Notes under the pieces: generated by a model
Told to the model about the DNA's origin: nothing
Seen by the model: the letters and a program-made list of their open reading frames with translations, nothing else
Databases searched by the model: none
Made by a program: the position numbers and the translations under genes
From: Deltaproteobacteria bacterium
Lineage (GTDB): Bacteria > Desulfobacterota > Syntrophobacteria > BM002
NCBI GenBank assembly: GCA_022340905.1
Contig: JAJDNB010000037.1
Span: 2,150 to 66,149 of the forward strand
DNA length: 64,000 nt
Direction of reading: 5' to 3'
Shown: positions 18,624 through 27,185 of the stretch, one piece after another
How positions within the stretch are numbered: position 1 is the stretch's first letter
Layout of the letters: each line of letters opens with the position of its first letter

Positions 18624-19851
18624 GGTATTCCTCCGCTTTCGTCATAATAAAAGATTTCCACGCTGTGTCTCCAAGAGCGTCGGCAATGGTAAAAATATCC
18701 TTGTCCCCTCTTCCTGAGAGGTTGACAATGACCACATCGTCTCGACTCATCTCCCCTGTTTCCCTAAAGGCACCGGCCAAAGCATGAGCTGACTCCAGGG
18801 CGGGGATTATGCCCTCCTTTTTCATTATCAGCCTGGTTGCCTCGAGCACTTCTGCGTCGGTTGCGGCCTCAAAGCGAATCCTACCCTCTTCATGATAGGC
18901 CGACAGGATTGGTGACACCCCTATGTAATCCAGTCCTGCTGCTACACTGTGAGTTTCCAGCATTTGGCCGTCATCGTCCTGTAGAAAATAGGTCTTGTAA
19001 CCTTGGGCCACGCCCACACTACCGCGGCCTGAAGCCAGGCGGGTTGCGTGCTTGTTGCTTTCCAGCCCCTCACCCCCAGCTTCGACACCTACGAGTTCCA
19101 CCTCCGAGTTGTCAATAAAACCGTTAAATATCCCCAGGGCATTGGAACCCCCGCCCACGCAGGCATATACCCGGCTTGGCGACCGACCTGCCTGCTTTAC
19201 TACCTGGTCTCGCACCTCCAACCCCACAATAGTTTGAAAATAGGACACCATTTCTGGGAAGGGATGAGGGCCACAGGCTGTGCCCAAAACATAATGAGTG
19301 GTATCCATGTTTGCGGACCAATCGCGTAGGGCTTCATTTATGGCATCCTTCAGAATTCTGGCTCCGTCTTTGACTGGAACTACTCTGGCACCCAGTTGTT
19401 CCATCCAAAAAACATTTGGCCGCTGGCGCGCCACGTCCACTTCGCCCATATAAATAGTGCACGAATAACCGAATTTGGCGGCCATAGTTGCTGTGGCCAC
19501 ACCGTGTTGGCCAGCGCCGGTTTCCGCAATCACTCGGCTCTTGCCCATTCTGTCCACGATCAGTCCCTGTCCTATGACGTTATTCAGCTTATGGGCGCCT
19601 GTGTGATTGAGATCCTCCCTTTTTAGGTAAATTTGGGGTCCACCGAGATGACGGCTCAAATTCCCAGCGTACGTCAGGGGTGTAGGTCTACACGAATAGG
19701 TCGACATGAGGCTCTGATAGGTTGACCAGAAATGGGGATCCTTTCTGGCCTCCTCAAAGGCAGTCTGTAGTTGTTCAAGGGTAGCACTGAGAATCTCCGG
19801 AATGAATGCACCACCGAAACGTCCATAGTAACCCATTTTTGCCATAATCAC
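18616..19851 (-). CDS. trpB: Tryptophan synthase beta subunit
   Basis: KREDLNHTGAHK, AETGAGQHG, GGGSNA and NLSGRGDKD motifs. Confidence 0.97.
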   Translation of the reverse strand: MIMAKMGYYGRFGGAFIPEILSATLEQLQTAFEEARKDPHFWSTYQSLMSTYSCRPTPLTYAGNLSRHLGGPQIYLKREDLNHTGAHKLNNVIGQGLIVDRMGKSRVIAETGAGQHGVATATMAAKFGYSCTIYMGEVDVARQRPNVFWMEQLGARVVPVKDGARILKDAINEALRDWSANMDTTHYVLGTACGPHPFPEMVSYFQTIVGLEVRDQVVKQAGRSPSRVYACVGGGSNALGIFNGFIDNSEVELVGVEAGGEGLESNKHATRLASGRGSVGVAQGYKTYFLQDDDGQMLETHSVAAGLDYIGVSPILSAYHEEGRIRFEAATDAEVLEATRLIMKKEGIIPALESAHALAGAFRETGEMSRDDVVIVNLSGRGDKDIFTIADALGDTAWKSFIMTKAEEYRA

Positions 19852-19884
19852 TCCTTAACCTTAGTGGTCGCCGGGATGAATTTT

Positions 19885-19986
19885 ACCCACAGAGAACGTA
19901 ACGGGCACAGAAACATAATGTTTCTATGTCCAAATACTTACCTGCACTACTATCTATAGTACTCTGTGGTCTCTGTGTCCTCTGGA
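19885..19986. repeat. Family A element, degenerate copy 2
   Basis: ccacagagaacgtaacgggcacaga ... ctctgtggtctctgtgtcctctgg. Confidence 0.65.
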
Positions 19987-20019
19987 GTTCATTCGTCTTG
20001 TCCCGTAACCCGATAATCT

Positions 20020-20661
20020 TTATCGCCTTTCGCTCTGGCGGACTCTTTCAATGAACTGCGCCATTTTTGCATGATCCTTAATCCCGGGACAGTGCTCCAA
20101 GCTACTGCTGGCGTCCACTCCGTATGGTTTTGCTATTCTGATTGCAGCGGTTACATTTGCTGGATTCAGGCCACCTGCCAGAATGATTCGCCCATAATTT
20201 CTTGCCTCTGCAGCCCATTCCCAATTAAAGGTCACTCCAGTGCCACCCAGCTTGTCTGGTACGTAAGTGTCAAGCAGCAGGGCGTGGACAACACCATCGT
20301 ATTTGGCCAGGCTCTTTAAGTCCTGGCGGTTTTTTAGCCGTACTGCCTTTATCACCGGATGATCAAAGCTGTCACAGTAGTCAGCAGGTTCATTTCCATG
20401 GAACTGGAGAACATCTAAACCGCACATCTCAGCCAGAGAAGACACTGTTGCGCGGTCCTCGTTAACAAAAACTCCCACTGTTTGAACCAGGGGTGGCAGA
20501 GCTTTTATGACCTCTTGAGCCTTCTCGGGTGAAATGCGCCTTGGACTCGGGGCAAAAATAAAGCCAAGGGCGTCGGCGCCAAAGTGGCCTGCAGCCAAAC
20601 CGTCCTCCTCATTAGTAATACCGCAGATCTTTATCCACACAGTCATAGTGTTAGCCCACAA
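20020..20661 (-). CDS. trpF: Phosphoribosylanthranilate isomerase
   Basis: IKICGIT, QFHGNE, GGTG, ILAGGL and GVDASS motifs. Confidence 0.96.
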   Translation of the reverse strand: MWANTMTVWIKICGITNEEDGLAAGHFGADALGFIFAPSPRRISPEKAQEVIKALPPLVQTVGVFVNEDRATVSSLAEMCGLDVLQFHGNEPADYCDSFDHPVIKAVRLKNRQDLKSLAKYDGVVHALLLDTYVPDKLGGTGVTFNWEWAAEARNYGRIILAGGLNPANVTAAIRIAKPYGVDASSSLEHCPGIKDHAKMAQFIERVRQSERR

Positions 20662-20710
20662 TGTCCAAGTATTTGAATATCGCTAGTTCATAATCATAAA
20701 CATTACATAA

Positions 20711-20815
20711 ACCACAAAGAGCACCAAGGGCACAAAGAGAAAATAAAACTCAGATTAGCCTTGCGAGGAATTTTGACCAGAATAAACCCTTTGTGAGCTT
20801 TGTGGCCTTTGTGGT
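20711..20815. repeat. Family A element, copy 3
   Basis: accacaaagagcaccaagggcacaaag ... ctttgtgagctttgtggcctttgtggt. Confidence 0.9.
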
Positions 20816-20821
20816 GCAGTA

Positions 20822-21610
20822 TCATCGTTTTCCGATTAGTTGGCGGAGCTTCTGTCCGGGGTCTTCGGCCCGCATGAGACTGGTGCCCACAAGTACTGCA
20901 TCAACACCAGCTGTCGCCAGAGACTGCAAATCACTCCGCGTCTGAATGCCGCTCTCACTGACAACGAGGAGATTCGAAGGAATGAGGGGACGTAACCTGA
21001 GGGTAGTGCCTAGGGACACTTGGAAGGTCCGCAGATTTCGATTGTTGATCCCGATGAGACGGGCCTCCGTCTCCAATACCCGAGACAATTCCTCTTCATC
21101 ATGCACTTCAACCAGGCAGGCCATCTCCAATTGACCGGCCATGGCCAAAAGTTCCTTCAGAGTGTTTTGCGGTAAAATGGCTGCAATTAAAAGCACTCCG
21201 TCAGCCCCTGCAGCCCGGGCAGTAAGAACTTGTATGGGATCTATGATGAAGTCCTTACAGAGAACTGGTAGAGAAACTACCCCCCTCGCTTGCTCCAGAT
21301 ATTCTAATCGGCCCTGAAAGAAGTCTTCTTCTGTAATCACCGAGATGGCAGCAGCTCCCGCCTTCTCATAACTACTGGCAACTTTATTTACCTCAAGACC
21401 GGGGCGAATTTGTCCAGCCGAAGGCGAGGCTTTTTTAATTTCGGCAATTACCGCCGGCTTTTCAGCATACTTCAAGGCAGCGAAGAAGTCGCGCGTCTTG
21501 GGGGCCGCAGACACAGTCTGTTCTATTTCTTTTTGAACTGACCTCTTTTTAAGCTCGGCTAGCCGTTCTTTCTTGCGTGCCACAATGTCGTCCAAAATCA
21601 TAGTATGCAT
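20822..21610 (-). CDS. trpC: Indole-3-glycerol phosphate synthase
   Basis: IAEIKKASPS, KDFII, LVEVH, GINNRNL and VSESGI motifs. Confidence 0.97.
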   Translation of the reverse strand: MHTMILDDIVARKKERLAELKKRSVQKEIEQTVSAAPKTRDFFAALKYAEKPAVIAEIKKASPSAGQIRPGLEVNKVASSYEKAGAAAISVITEEDFFQGRLEYLEQARGVVSLPVLCKDFIIDPIQVLTARAAGADGVLLIAAILPQNTLKELLAMAGQLEMACLVEVHDEEELSRVLETEARLIGINNRNLRTFQVSLGTTLRLRPLIPSNLLVVSESGIQTRSDLQSLATAGVDAVLVGTSLMRAEDPGQKLRQLIGKR

Positions 21611-21689
21611 CCATTATAGGTGTCCAAAGAATGGCGATGCCAAAGAATGCTCGGCACGCAGCTTCGGAGTTAAATAGTCAGGACAACTA

Positions 21690-21925
21690 AGCATGGGGCA
21701 TGGAGCATGGAGAAATAAAGCTAACAGCAAAAGCCATTACACAGGCTCGGTACAGTCTTTTAAGAGGAAACATTCTGAATTTGGTATTGCCTGTTGTAAA
21801 TTTCGAAATTATGAAACTCTATGCCCTTTGCTCTATGCCTTCCCAAAGCCGCAATCCGAATTCAGCAATCCGAAATAGTCTGCTCCATGCTCTTTGCCCT
21901 ATGCTCTCAGCTCTCTGCTTTCTGC
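21690..21925. repeat. Interleaved 7-bp-unit repeat arms (GCATRGA/CYATGCT and an AATCCGM-like unit)
   Basis: agcatggggcatggagcatgg; ctctatgccctttgctctatgc; ccgcaatccgaattcagcaatccgaaat; tgctccatgctctttgccctatgctct. Confidence 0.75.
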
Positions 21926-22978
21926 CTATCGGTTGGTTATCTCCCTGAGCGCTTCCAGCTTTTTCATGGAGGCTCCAGAATCGATGGCTTCGGCAGCCTG
22001 CATAATACCTTCGGTGAAATCGTCGGCCCGCCCGGCAGCAACTAAGGCAGCGGCAGCATTGAGCAGCACAATGTCTCTCCGAGCTCCCGGTTCCCCCTGG
22101 AGCACTTCTAGAACTATTTGGGCATTTTCATTGGCGTCGCCCCCTCTGATCTCATCAATAGTTGCACGGGACAGACCAAAATCTTCCGGTTCAATGGTGT
22201 AGGTTGACACTTGATTATTCTTCAGCTCGCTTACAAAGGTGCGCCCAGTAATGCTGATTTCATCAAGACTATCTTCTCCATAAACCACAAAGGCACTGCG
22301 TGAGCCTAGCCTATTTAAGACTTCGGCAAGAATCGGTGTAAGCTTTTTATCGTAGACGCCTAATACTTGGACATTTGCCCCTGCTGGATTTGTAAGAGGA
22401 CCGAGGATATTAAAGATACTTCTAATGCCGATCTCTTTTCTCGGTCCGATGGCGTACTTCATAGCCCCGTGCAGCGCCGGTGCAAAGAGAAAGCCGATAC
22501 CCACCCTACTGAGGCACTCCTCCACCACTGCGGGAGACACATCTAAATTGACTCCTAAATTCTCAATGACATCGGCGCTGCCGCAGAGGCTCGATACCGA
22601 TCGATTGCCGTGCTTGGCCACTCGCAGGCCACAGCCAGCGACGACAAAGGCGGTAGTGGTGGAAACATTAAATGTGTTGGTGGAGTCACCACCGGTCCCG
22701 CAGGTATCGACAATCGTCTCCAAATCCAGGTTGATTTCGTCCCGGTCCATGCTCACCATGGAGTCATCCACAGCGATCCTGGTAGCTTTTCGCCGCATAA
22801 CCCGGGCTGCTCCGGTAATTTCCTCGATAGTCTCCCCTTTGAGCCTGAGGGCAGTTATGAAAGCGCCTATTTGGGCGGGTGTTCCTTTACCGCTCATGAT
22901 CACATCCATAGCGGCTTCCATTTCTTCTTCGCCCAGATCCTTGCCATCTACTAATTTCTGGATGGCTGTCTTAAGCAT
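21926..22978 (-). CDS. trpD: Anthranilate phosphoribosyltransferase
   Basis: [22 protein letters not shown] and [10 protein letters not shown] motifs; ATG 22978 behind AGGAGG. Confidence 0.97.
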   Translation of the reverse strand: MLKTAIQKLVDGKDLGEEEMEAAMDVIMSGKGTPAQIGAFITALRLKGETIEEITGAARVMRRKATRIAVDDSMVSMDRDEINLDLETIVDTCGTGGDSTNTFNVSTTTAFVVAGCGLRVAKHGNRSVSSLCGSADVIENLGVNLDVSPAVVEECLSRVGIGFLFAPALHGAMKYAIGPRKEIGIRSIFNILGPLTNPAGANVQVLGVYDKKLTPILAEVLNRLGSRSAFVVYGEDSLDEISITGRTFVSELKNNQVSTYTIEPEDFGLSRATIDEIRGGDANENAQIVLEVLQGEPGARRDIVLLNAAAALVAAGRADDFTEGIMQAAEAIDSGASMKKLEALREITNR

Positions 22979-23017
22979 GATCTCCTCCTTTATAAAAAAC
23001 ATTCGATACCTGAATGG

Positions 23018-23098
23018 ACCACGAAGTTCACCAAGAGCACAAAGGAAAGAGCCTTACAATTTTTGGAACCCCTTTGTGTTCTTCGTGTGCTTTGCGGT
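23018..23098. repeat. Family A element, copy 4
   Basis: accacgaagttcaccaagagcacaaag ... ctttgtgttcttcgtgtgctttgcggt. Confidence 0.88.
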
Positions 23099-23127
23099 TT
23101 AACCATCTAGAGTATGAGATGAATATC

Positions 23128-23715
23128 TCAAAGACTGAGAAAGTTTTTTAAGATATCCATACCCACGTTGGTCAAAATTGACTCTGGATGAAACTGAATT
23201 CCCTCAACCGGATATTGTCGGTGCCGCAACCCCATAATCTCACCATCCTCCGCCTCCGCTGAAACCTCTAGACAATCAGGTAGACCCTCACGATCAATAG
23301 CCAACGAATGATAGCGAGTCGCAGAGAAAGGGTCGGGCAGATTATGAAAAATTGTCTTGCCGTCATGTGATATTTCTGAGGTCTTCCCATGCATGAGTTG
23401 GCCAGCCCGTATCACTTGACCTCCAAAAGATGCCCCAATGGCCTGGTGACCCAAACAGACTCCAAGTATGGGTACCTTTCGATAAAACCGTTCCACTATC
23501 GGTATTGTTATTCCCGCTGACTGAGGGGTACCTGGCCCGGGTGAAATGACAATTCGCTCTGGTCTCATCTTTTCGACTCCATCCAAGGTGATTTTGTCAT
23601 TCCTCCTTACCTCAACTTCATACCCCAGTACTCCCAAGTACTGAACCAGGTTGTAGGTGAATGAGTCGTAGTTATCAATCATGAGTATCACGAGCAAATC
23701 CTCCTCAGCTGTCAT
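23128..23715 (-). CDS. trpG: Anthranilate synthase component II (glutamine amidotransferase)
   Basis: [24 protein letters not shown] and QFHPES motifs; the true start is probably a few codons downstream. Confidence 0.95.
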   Translation of the reverse strand: MTAEEDLLVILMIDNYDSFTYNLVQYLGVLGYEVEVRRNDKITLDGVEKMRPERIVISPGPGTPQSAGITIPIVERFYRKVPILGVCLGHQAIGASFGGQVIRAGQLMHGKTSEISHDGKTIFHNLPDPFSATRYHSLAIDREGLPDCLEVSAEAEDGEIMGLRHRQYPVEGIQFHPESILTNVGMDILKNFLSL

Positions 23716-23776
23716 GCTTAGCTTTGGCGTTCGTTTTTTCTTTGAGCGCGACTGCTTGTCCTAGTTCGAGACTCTA

Positions 23777-23884
23777 TGGAGTGTTGGAGTGATGGAGTAT
23801 CGGAGTATTGAAAACAAATCTATGAAATTCAATATCGTGTCTAAGATCTCCCAGTACTCCACTGCTCCTTTACTCCATTACTCC
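23777..23884. repeat. Inverted 8-bp-unit repeat element (TGGAGTRN / NYACTCCA), family F
   Basis: tggagtgttggagtgatggagtatcggagtattg ... cagtactccactgctcctttactccattactcc. Confidence 0.82.
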
Positions 23885-23919
23885 GGTAGAAATGCACTTC
23901 GTCAGAAGTAAATTTCTAT

Positions 23920-25410
23920 TTACACCAAGCCCTTATTGGCCATCTCCAAGGCTCTAACCAATGCCTCACCTTTGGCCACGGTTTCTTCATATTCAGACTG
24001 AGGAACTGAGTCGGCCACAATTCCTGCGCCCACCTGAAGGTAGACCTTACCGTTGCGCACTAACATTGTTCGAATGGTGATGCAAAAATCCATATTACCG
24101 GAAAAGGAAAAATATCCCACTGCCCCGGCGTATAGCCCCCGACGGCTGGGCTCAAGTTCATCAATTATTTCCATTGCTCGAACCTTGGGAGCACCAGAAA
24201 CAGTACCAGCCGGAAAAGAGGCGCGAAGGACATCAAACATATCTAGTCCGGGCGCCAAATCTCCTTCCACATGAGAAACTAAGTGCATTACATGGGAGTA
24301 ATACTCCACCACCATCAGGTCGGTCACCTGCACGGTTCCGAGAGTCGCAACCCTGCCAACATCGTTGCGGCCCAAATCTACAAGCATCACGTGTTCGGCC
24401 CGTTCCTTCGGGTCAGCTAGTAATTCTTCCGCTAGCCGACGATCCTCGCTGCTGTCCTTTCCCCTAGGTCGAGTCCCGGCGATTGGTCGCAAAGCCACTC
24501 TTCCGTTTTCCAAACGCACCAAGACTTCGGGGGAAGCACCAATAACGATATCTCCATCAAAATCAAGGTAATACATATAAGGTGATGGATTTATCCGCCT
24601 GAGTGCCCGATAGATATCAAATGGTTCAGAGACCAGATCAGTTTCGAATCGCTGACTGAGCACTACCTGAATGGCCTCGCCGTCTTGAATGTATTGTTTC
24701 GCCCTCCTTACCATTCCCTCAAACCGATCACGCTTCATATTCGCTCGCAACATAAGTTCCTGCTTGGACTTTCCTGTTGGCTTCGAAGGAGGCGCAGACT
24801 CCGCAAGTAACCCAAGAGTCTCATCTATTTGAGCAACGGCCTGATCATAAGCGGAAGCATGGTTGACGTATTCGGGTACATAGATATTCGCCACCACCTT
24901 TATGGTCTGTGTCAAGTTGTCGTAGATCATCACTTGCTCAGGCATCATGAATGCCGCCTCCGGCATACCGACTTCATCCGGTTTAGAGGTAGGCAGGTGT
25001 TCAATGAAGCGAACGGTATCATAGCTCAAATAACCAACCAAGCCGCCAAAAAATCTGGGGAGACCCTCCACGGGAACTACCTGGAAGGTTTTCATAAGAT
25101 TCTTTAGGTAGTCGAGGGGCGATGCTTCAAATTTGCCGCACTGCTCGCCATTTCGAGTTAGCTCGATTTTATCACCCCGAGCCTTGACCAATAACCTTGG
25201 GCGATGCCCAATGAAACTATAGCGACCCCAGCGTTCTCCTCCTTCTACACTTTCCAACAGGAATGATTCCGGCCCTTTGGCAACCTTTTTGAACAAGCTG
25301 ATAGGCGTATCAGTATCTGCAGTGACTTCTCGGAAAACAGGGATGACATTTCCTTGCTTGGCCAAATTCAGGAATTCGTCTTTACTAGGGTGGTACACAG
25401 TAACCTCCAT
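23920..25410 (-). CDS. trpE: Anthranilate synthase component I
   Basis: LLESVEG, NPSPYM, PIAGTRPRG, EHVMLVDLGRND and PAGTVSGAPK motifs; alternative GTG start at 25398. Confidence 0.97.
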   Translation of the reverse strand: MEVTVYHPSKDEFLNLAKQGNVIPVFREVTADTDTPISLFKKVAKGPESFLLESVEGGERWGRYSFIGHRPRLLVKARGDKIELTRNGEQCGKFEASPLDYLKNLMKTFQVVPVEGLPRFFGGLVGYLSYDTVRFIEHLPTSKPDEVGMPEAAFMMPEQVMIYDNLTQTIKVVANIYVPEYVNHASAYDQAVAQIDETLGLLAESAPPSKPTGKSKQELMLRANMKRDRFEGMVRRAKQYIQDGEAIQVVLSQRFETDLVSEPFDIYRALRRINPSPYMYYLDFDGDIVIGASPEVLVRLENGRVALRPIAGTRPRGKDSSEDRRLAEELLADPKERAEHVMLVDLGRNDVGRVATLGTVQVTDLMVVEYYSHVMHLVSHVEGDLAPGLDMFDVLRASFPAGTVSGAPKVRAMEIIDELEPSRRGLYAGAVGYFSFSGNMDFCITIRTMLVRNGKVYLQVGAGIVADSVPQSEYEETVAKGEALVRALEMANKGLV

Positions 25411-25438
25411 TTCAATCGTAAGCTTGAAGTCAGCAGGG

Positions 25439-25520
25439 AAAAAGGCCGTGAGGCTTTTCAGCTCCCACGGCCTTTAATAAAAAAGAAAAAGCCGTGGGCA
25501 AGAAGTTTACCCACGGCTTT
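25439..25520 (-). terminator. Tandem intrinsic terminators of the trp attenuator
   Basis: mRNA sense: T1 AAAGCCGUGGGU-loop-GCCCACGGCUUUUUCUUUUU, then T2 AAAGGCCGUGGG-loop-CUCACGGCCUUUUU. Confidence 0.88.
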
Positions 25521-25537
25521 GAAGTACGAGTCGGATG

Positions 25538-25630
25538 CTACTCACCTGGCAGTGGACAAACTCCTCCACAGACGCACCACCACCAGTACCAGCTGACGAG
25601 AATATTCTGTTTCTTCAAGTTTTTCTTCAT
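25538..25630 (-). CDS. trpL: trp operon leader peptide (30 aa)
   Basis: MKKNLKKQNILVSWYWWWCVCGGVCPLPGE*: WYWWW cluster, AAGGA RBS, directly upstream of the terminators and trpE. Confidence 0.92.
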   Translation of the reverse strand: MKKNLKKQNILVSWYWWWCVCGGVCPLPGE

Positions 25631-25647
25631 AGCTTTCCTTACTTTGG

Positions 25648-25677
25648 ACTTTAAAAAACAGTAGCATCCTTTGTCAA
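25648..25677 (-). promoter_or_regulatory. Putative sigma70 promoter of the trp leader
   Basis: TTGACA-18-TAAAGT. Confidence 0.6.
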
Positions 25678-25849
25678 GAAAAAACTTTAAGGTCATCCCT
25701 CTCCCTTGGCTGCCTAAATTTTTTCATACGAATGTGCCTAATTAAATACTTCTTGTTGTTTCTCAGGGTAATTGCTTGACTCCTCTCCAGTTTTTCTATA
25801 AAAAATAAGCTCGTTTTCTGAGATCATTTACATCATCAGGAGTGGCCAT

Positions 25850-25990
25850 ATGGCGAAACATAAAAAGATCGAAAGAAAAAGAGAGCTAGACAGACGGCGA
25901 AGGAGACGAAAGAAGAGATTAAAACTGCGAGCAAAAGGTCTGCTACCGCCTGTGGAGGAGTCTAAGGACAAAACCGCCCCCAAAGATTAA
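25850..25990 (+). CDS. Small, highly basic protein (46 aa; possibly DUF6800-like)
   Basis: MAKHKKIERKRELDRRRRRRKKRLKLRAKGLLPPVEESKDKTAPKD*; AGGAG RBS; TTGACT...TATAAA upstream at 25776-25802. Confidence 0.75.
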   Translation: MAKHKKIERKRELDRRRRRRKKRLKLRAKGLLPPVEESKDKTAPKD

Positions 25991-26140
25991 TCTTGGTGAT
26001 AAACGCATTTTCTGCCCCCAAACGTACCTACCCTCAACAAGAATAATAAGTATGTTAGGTACAGGAGACAGCTGACAGATACCTACTGCCCTCCCCAGCA
26101 CGCACCCTTTATCCAGCACTTTCTGCCTCCTCATCTAATC

Positions 26141-26156
26141 TGGCATTGTAATTGCA
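26141..26156 (+). promoter_or_regulatory. Putative sigma54 (-24/-12) promoter
   Basis: TGGCAT-TGTAA-TTGCA with correct GG-N10-GC spacing, 37 bp upstream of ATG 26194. Confidence 0.7.
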
Positions 26157-26193
26157 TATTTAGCAAGGCGAAATATCAGGCCAGGAGACTGTC

Positions 26194-26931
26194 ATGAAGC
26201 AGAAAACTTTGCTCCTTTTCCAGCTCTTGCTGGCGGTTTTTTCCATTTATTCAGTCCTCAAATACAGTGGCAACCAGCGTATGATAATCCCTCTCACCTG
26301 TCTTGTTGCCATGTTTTTAGTGGGAAAAGTAGAAACTGCCGTCACCGAAAGAGATAAGCGAAAAAAAGAGCACGGAGCAAAAGGGAGAAAGGGGACTGAG
26401 GAAAAGACCGGTTTCAAGCCGGTCGACTGTCTGCTGAAGAGCAAGAACGCGCTGCTCCTGACCGATGCAATACACTACCTCTTAAATGAATTAGGCCTGA
26501 AGGTCTCTCGTTCCCCGGATCAGAGCTTCATCGACCGTTTGGTGAGAACGGATGAAGACAACCAAGTAACTTTTGGTCTGAAAGTTCTTGGCGATGTTGG
26601 AGAACTGACCGAGACCTGGGAAAGTTGGGAGGAAGTTACGGACTTTGACATGGGTAAAGGGGGAAATAGACGTCTTGTTCTTATCAGCAGCAATACCGTT
26701 GACGAGGAAGTTGACGGTAAGCCGAAGTTCAGTGATTTCTCAACTAACATTCAAAGCCTGCTTTCTTCCAAAAACATAGTCGCCATGACTACCCTCACCT
26801 TTTATAAGATTTATCTGCTTTGCCAAAAAAAGAGTGTTAAACCTGGGAAGATTTTTGATCTCATTCATCGTCACCCAGGGGGTGTTTTTCGCTTGGAACA
26901 ATACATGAAAGGTTCCAAACAAGCTGCTTAA
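26194..26931 (+). CDS. Hypothetical membrane-anchored protein
   Basis: Two N-terminal hydrophobic segments, a soluble alpha/beta C-terminal part, AGGAG RBS. Confidence 0.75.
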   Translation: MKQKTLLLFQLLLAVFSIYSVLKYSGNQRMIIPLTCLVAMFLVGKVETAVTERDKRKKEHGAKGRKGTEEKTGFKPVDCLLKSKNALLLTDAIHYLLNELGLKVSRSPDQSFIDRLVRTDEDNQVTFGLKVLGDVGELTETWESWEEVTDFDMGKGGNRRLVLISSNTVDEEVDGKPKFSDFSTNIQSLLSSKNIVAMTTLTFYKIYLLCQKKSVKPGKIFDLIHRHPGGVFRLEQYMKGSKQAA

Positions 26932-27185
26932 CCCTTCTCGCCTGAAGTTTAATCCCCTGGGGACACCACTTCACAGAAATCTCCTGAACTCGAGCTGTAG
27001 ATCTCTTTTCGCATTCATCATGGGTGCCGTAAGCTTAGCCAACGAAGTGTTTTGTTTGCCAAGCTTGAATGTGCAATGATAAATGACAGGTGAGAAATGA
27101 GAAATGGCCTCAGTGCATAATTAGTTTTATGGTATATTCTTGCGGATCCTTGAAGCGCTAGAGAGTGTAACAAATTGGAGCTCCG

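Noticed and set aside
22425..23102. 225-aa plus-strand ORF, and similar ones at 6884-7426, 13055-13576, 43858-44442 and 55770-56246
   Set aside because: Antisense shadows of well-supported genes or read-through of repeats; no recognisable motifs.
25439..25677. T-box riboswitch explanation for the amino-acid leaders
   Set aside because: No T-box consensus or long stem I was seen, and leader peptides with cognate codon runs explain the structures.
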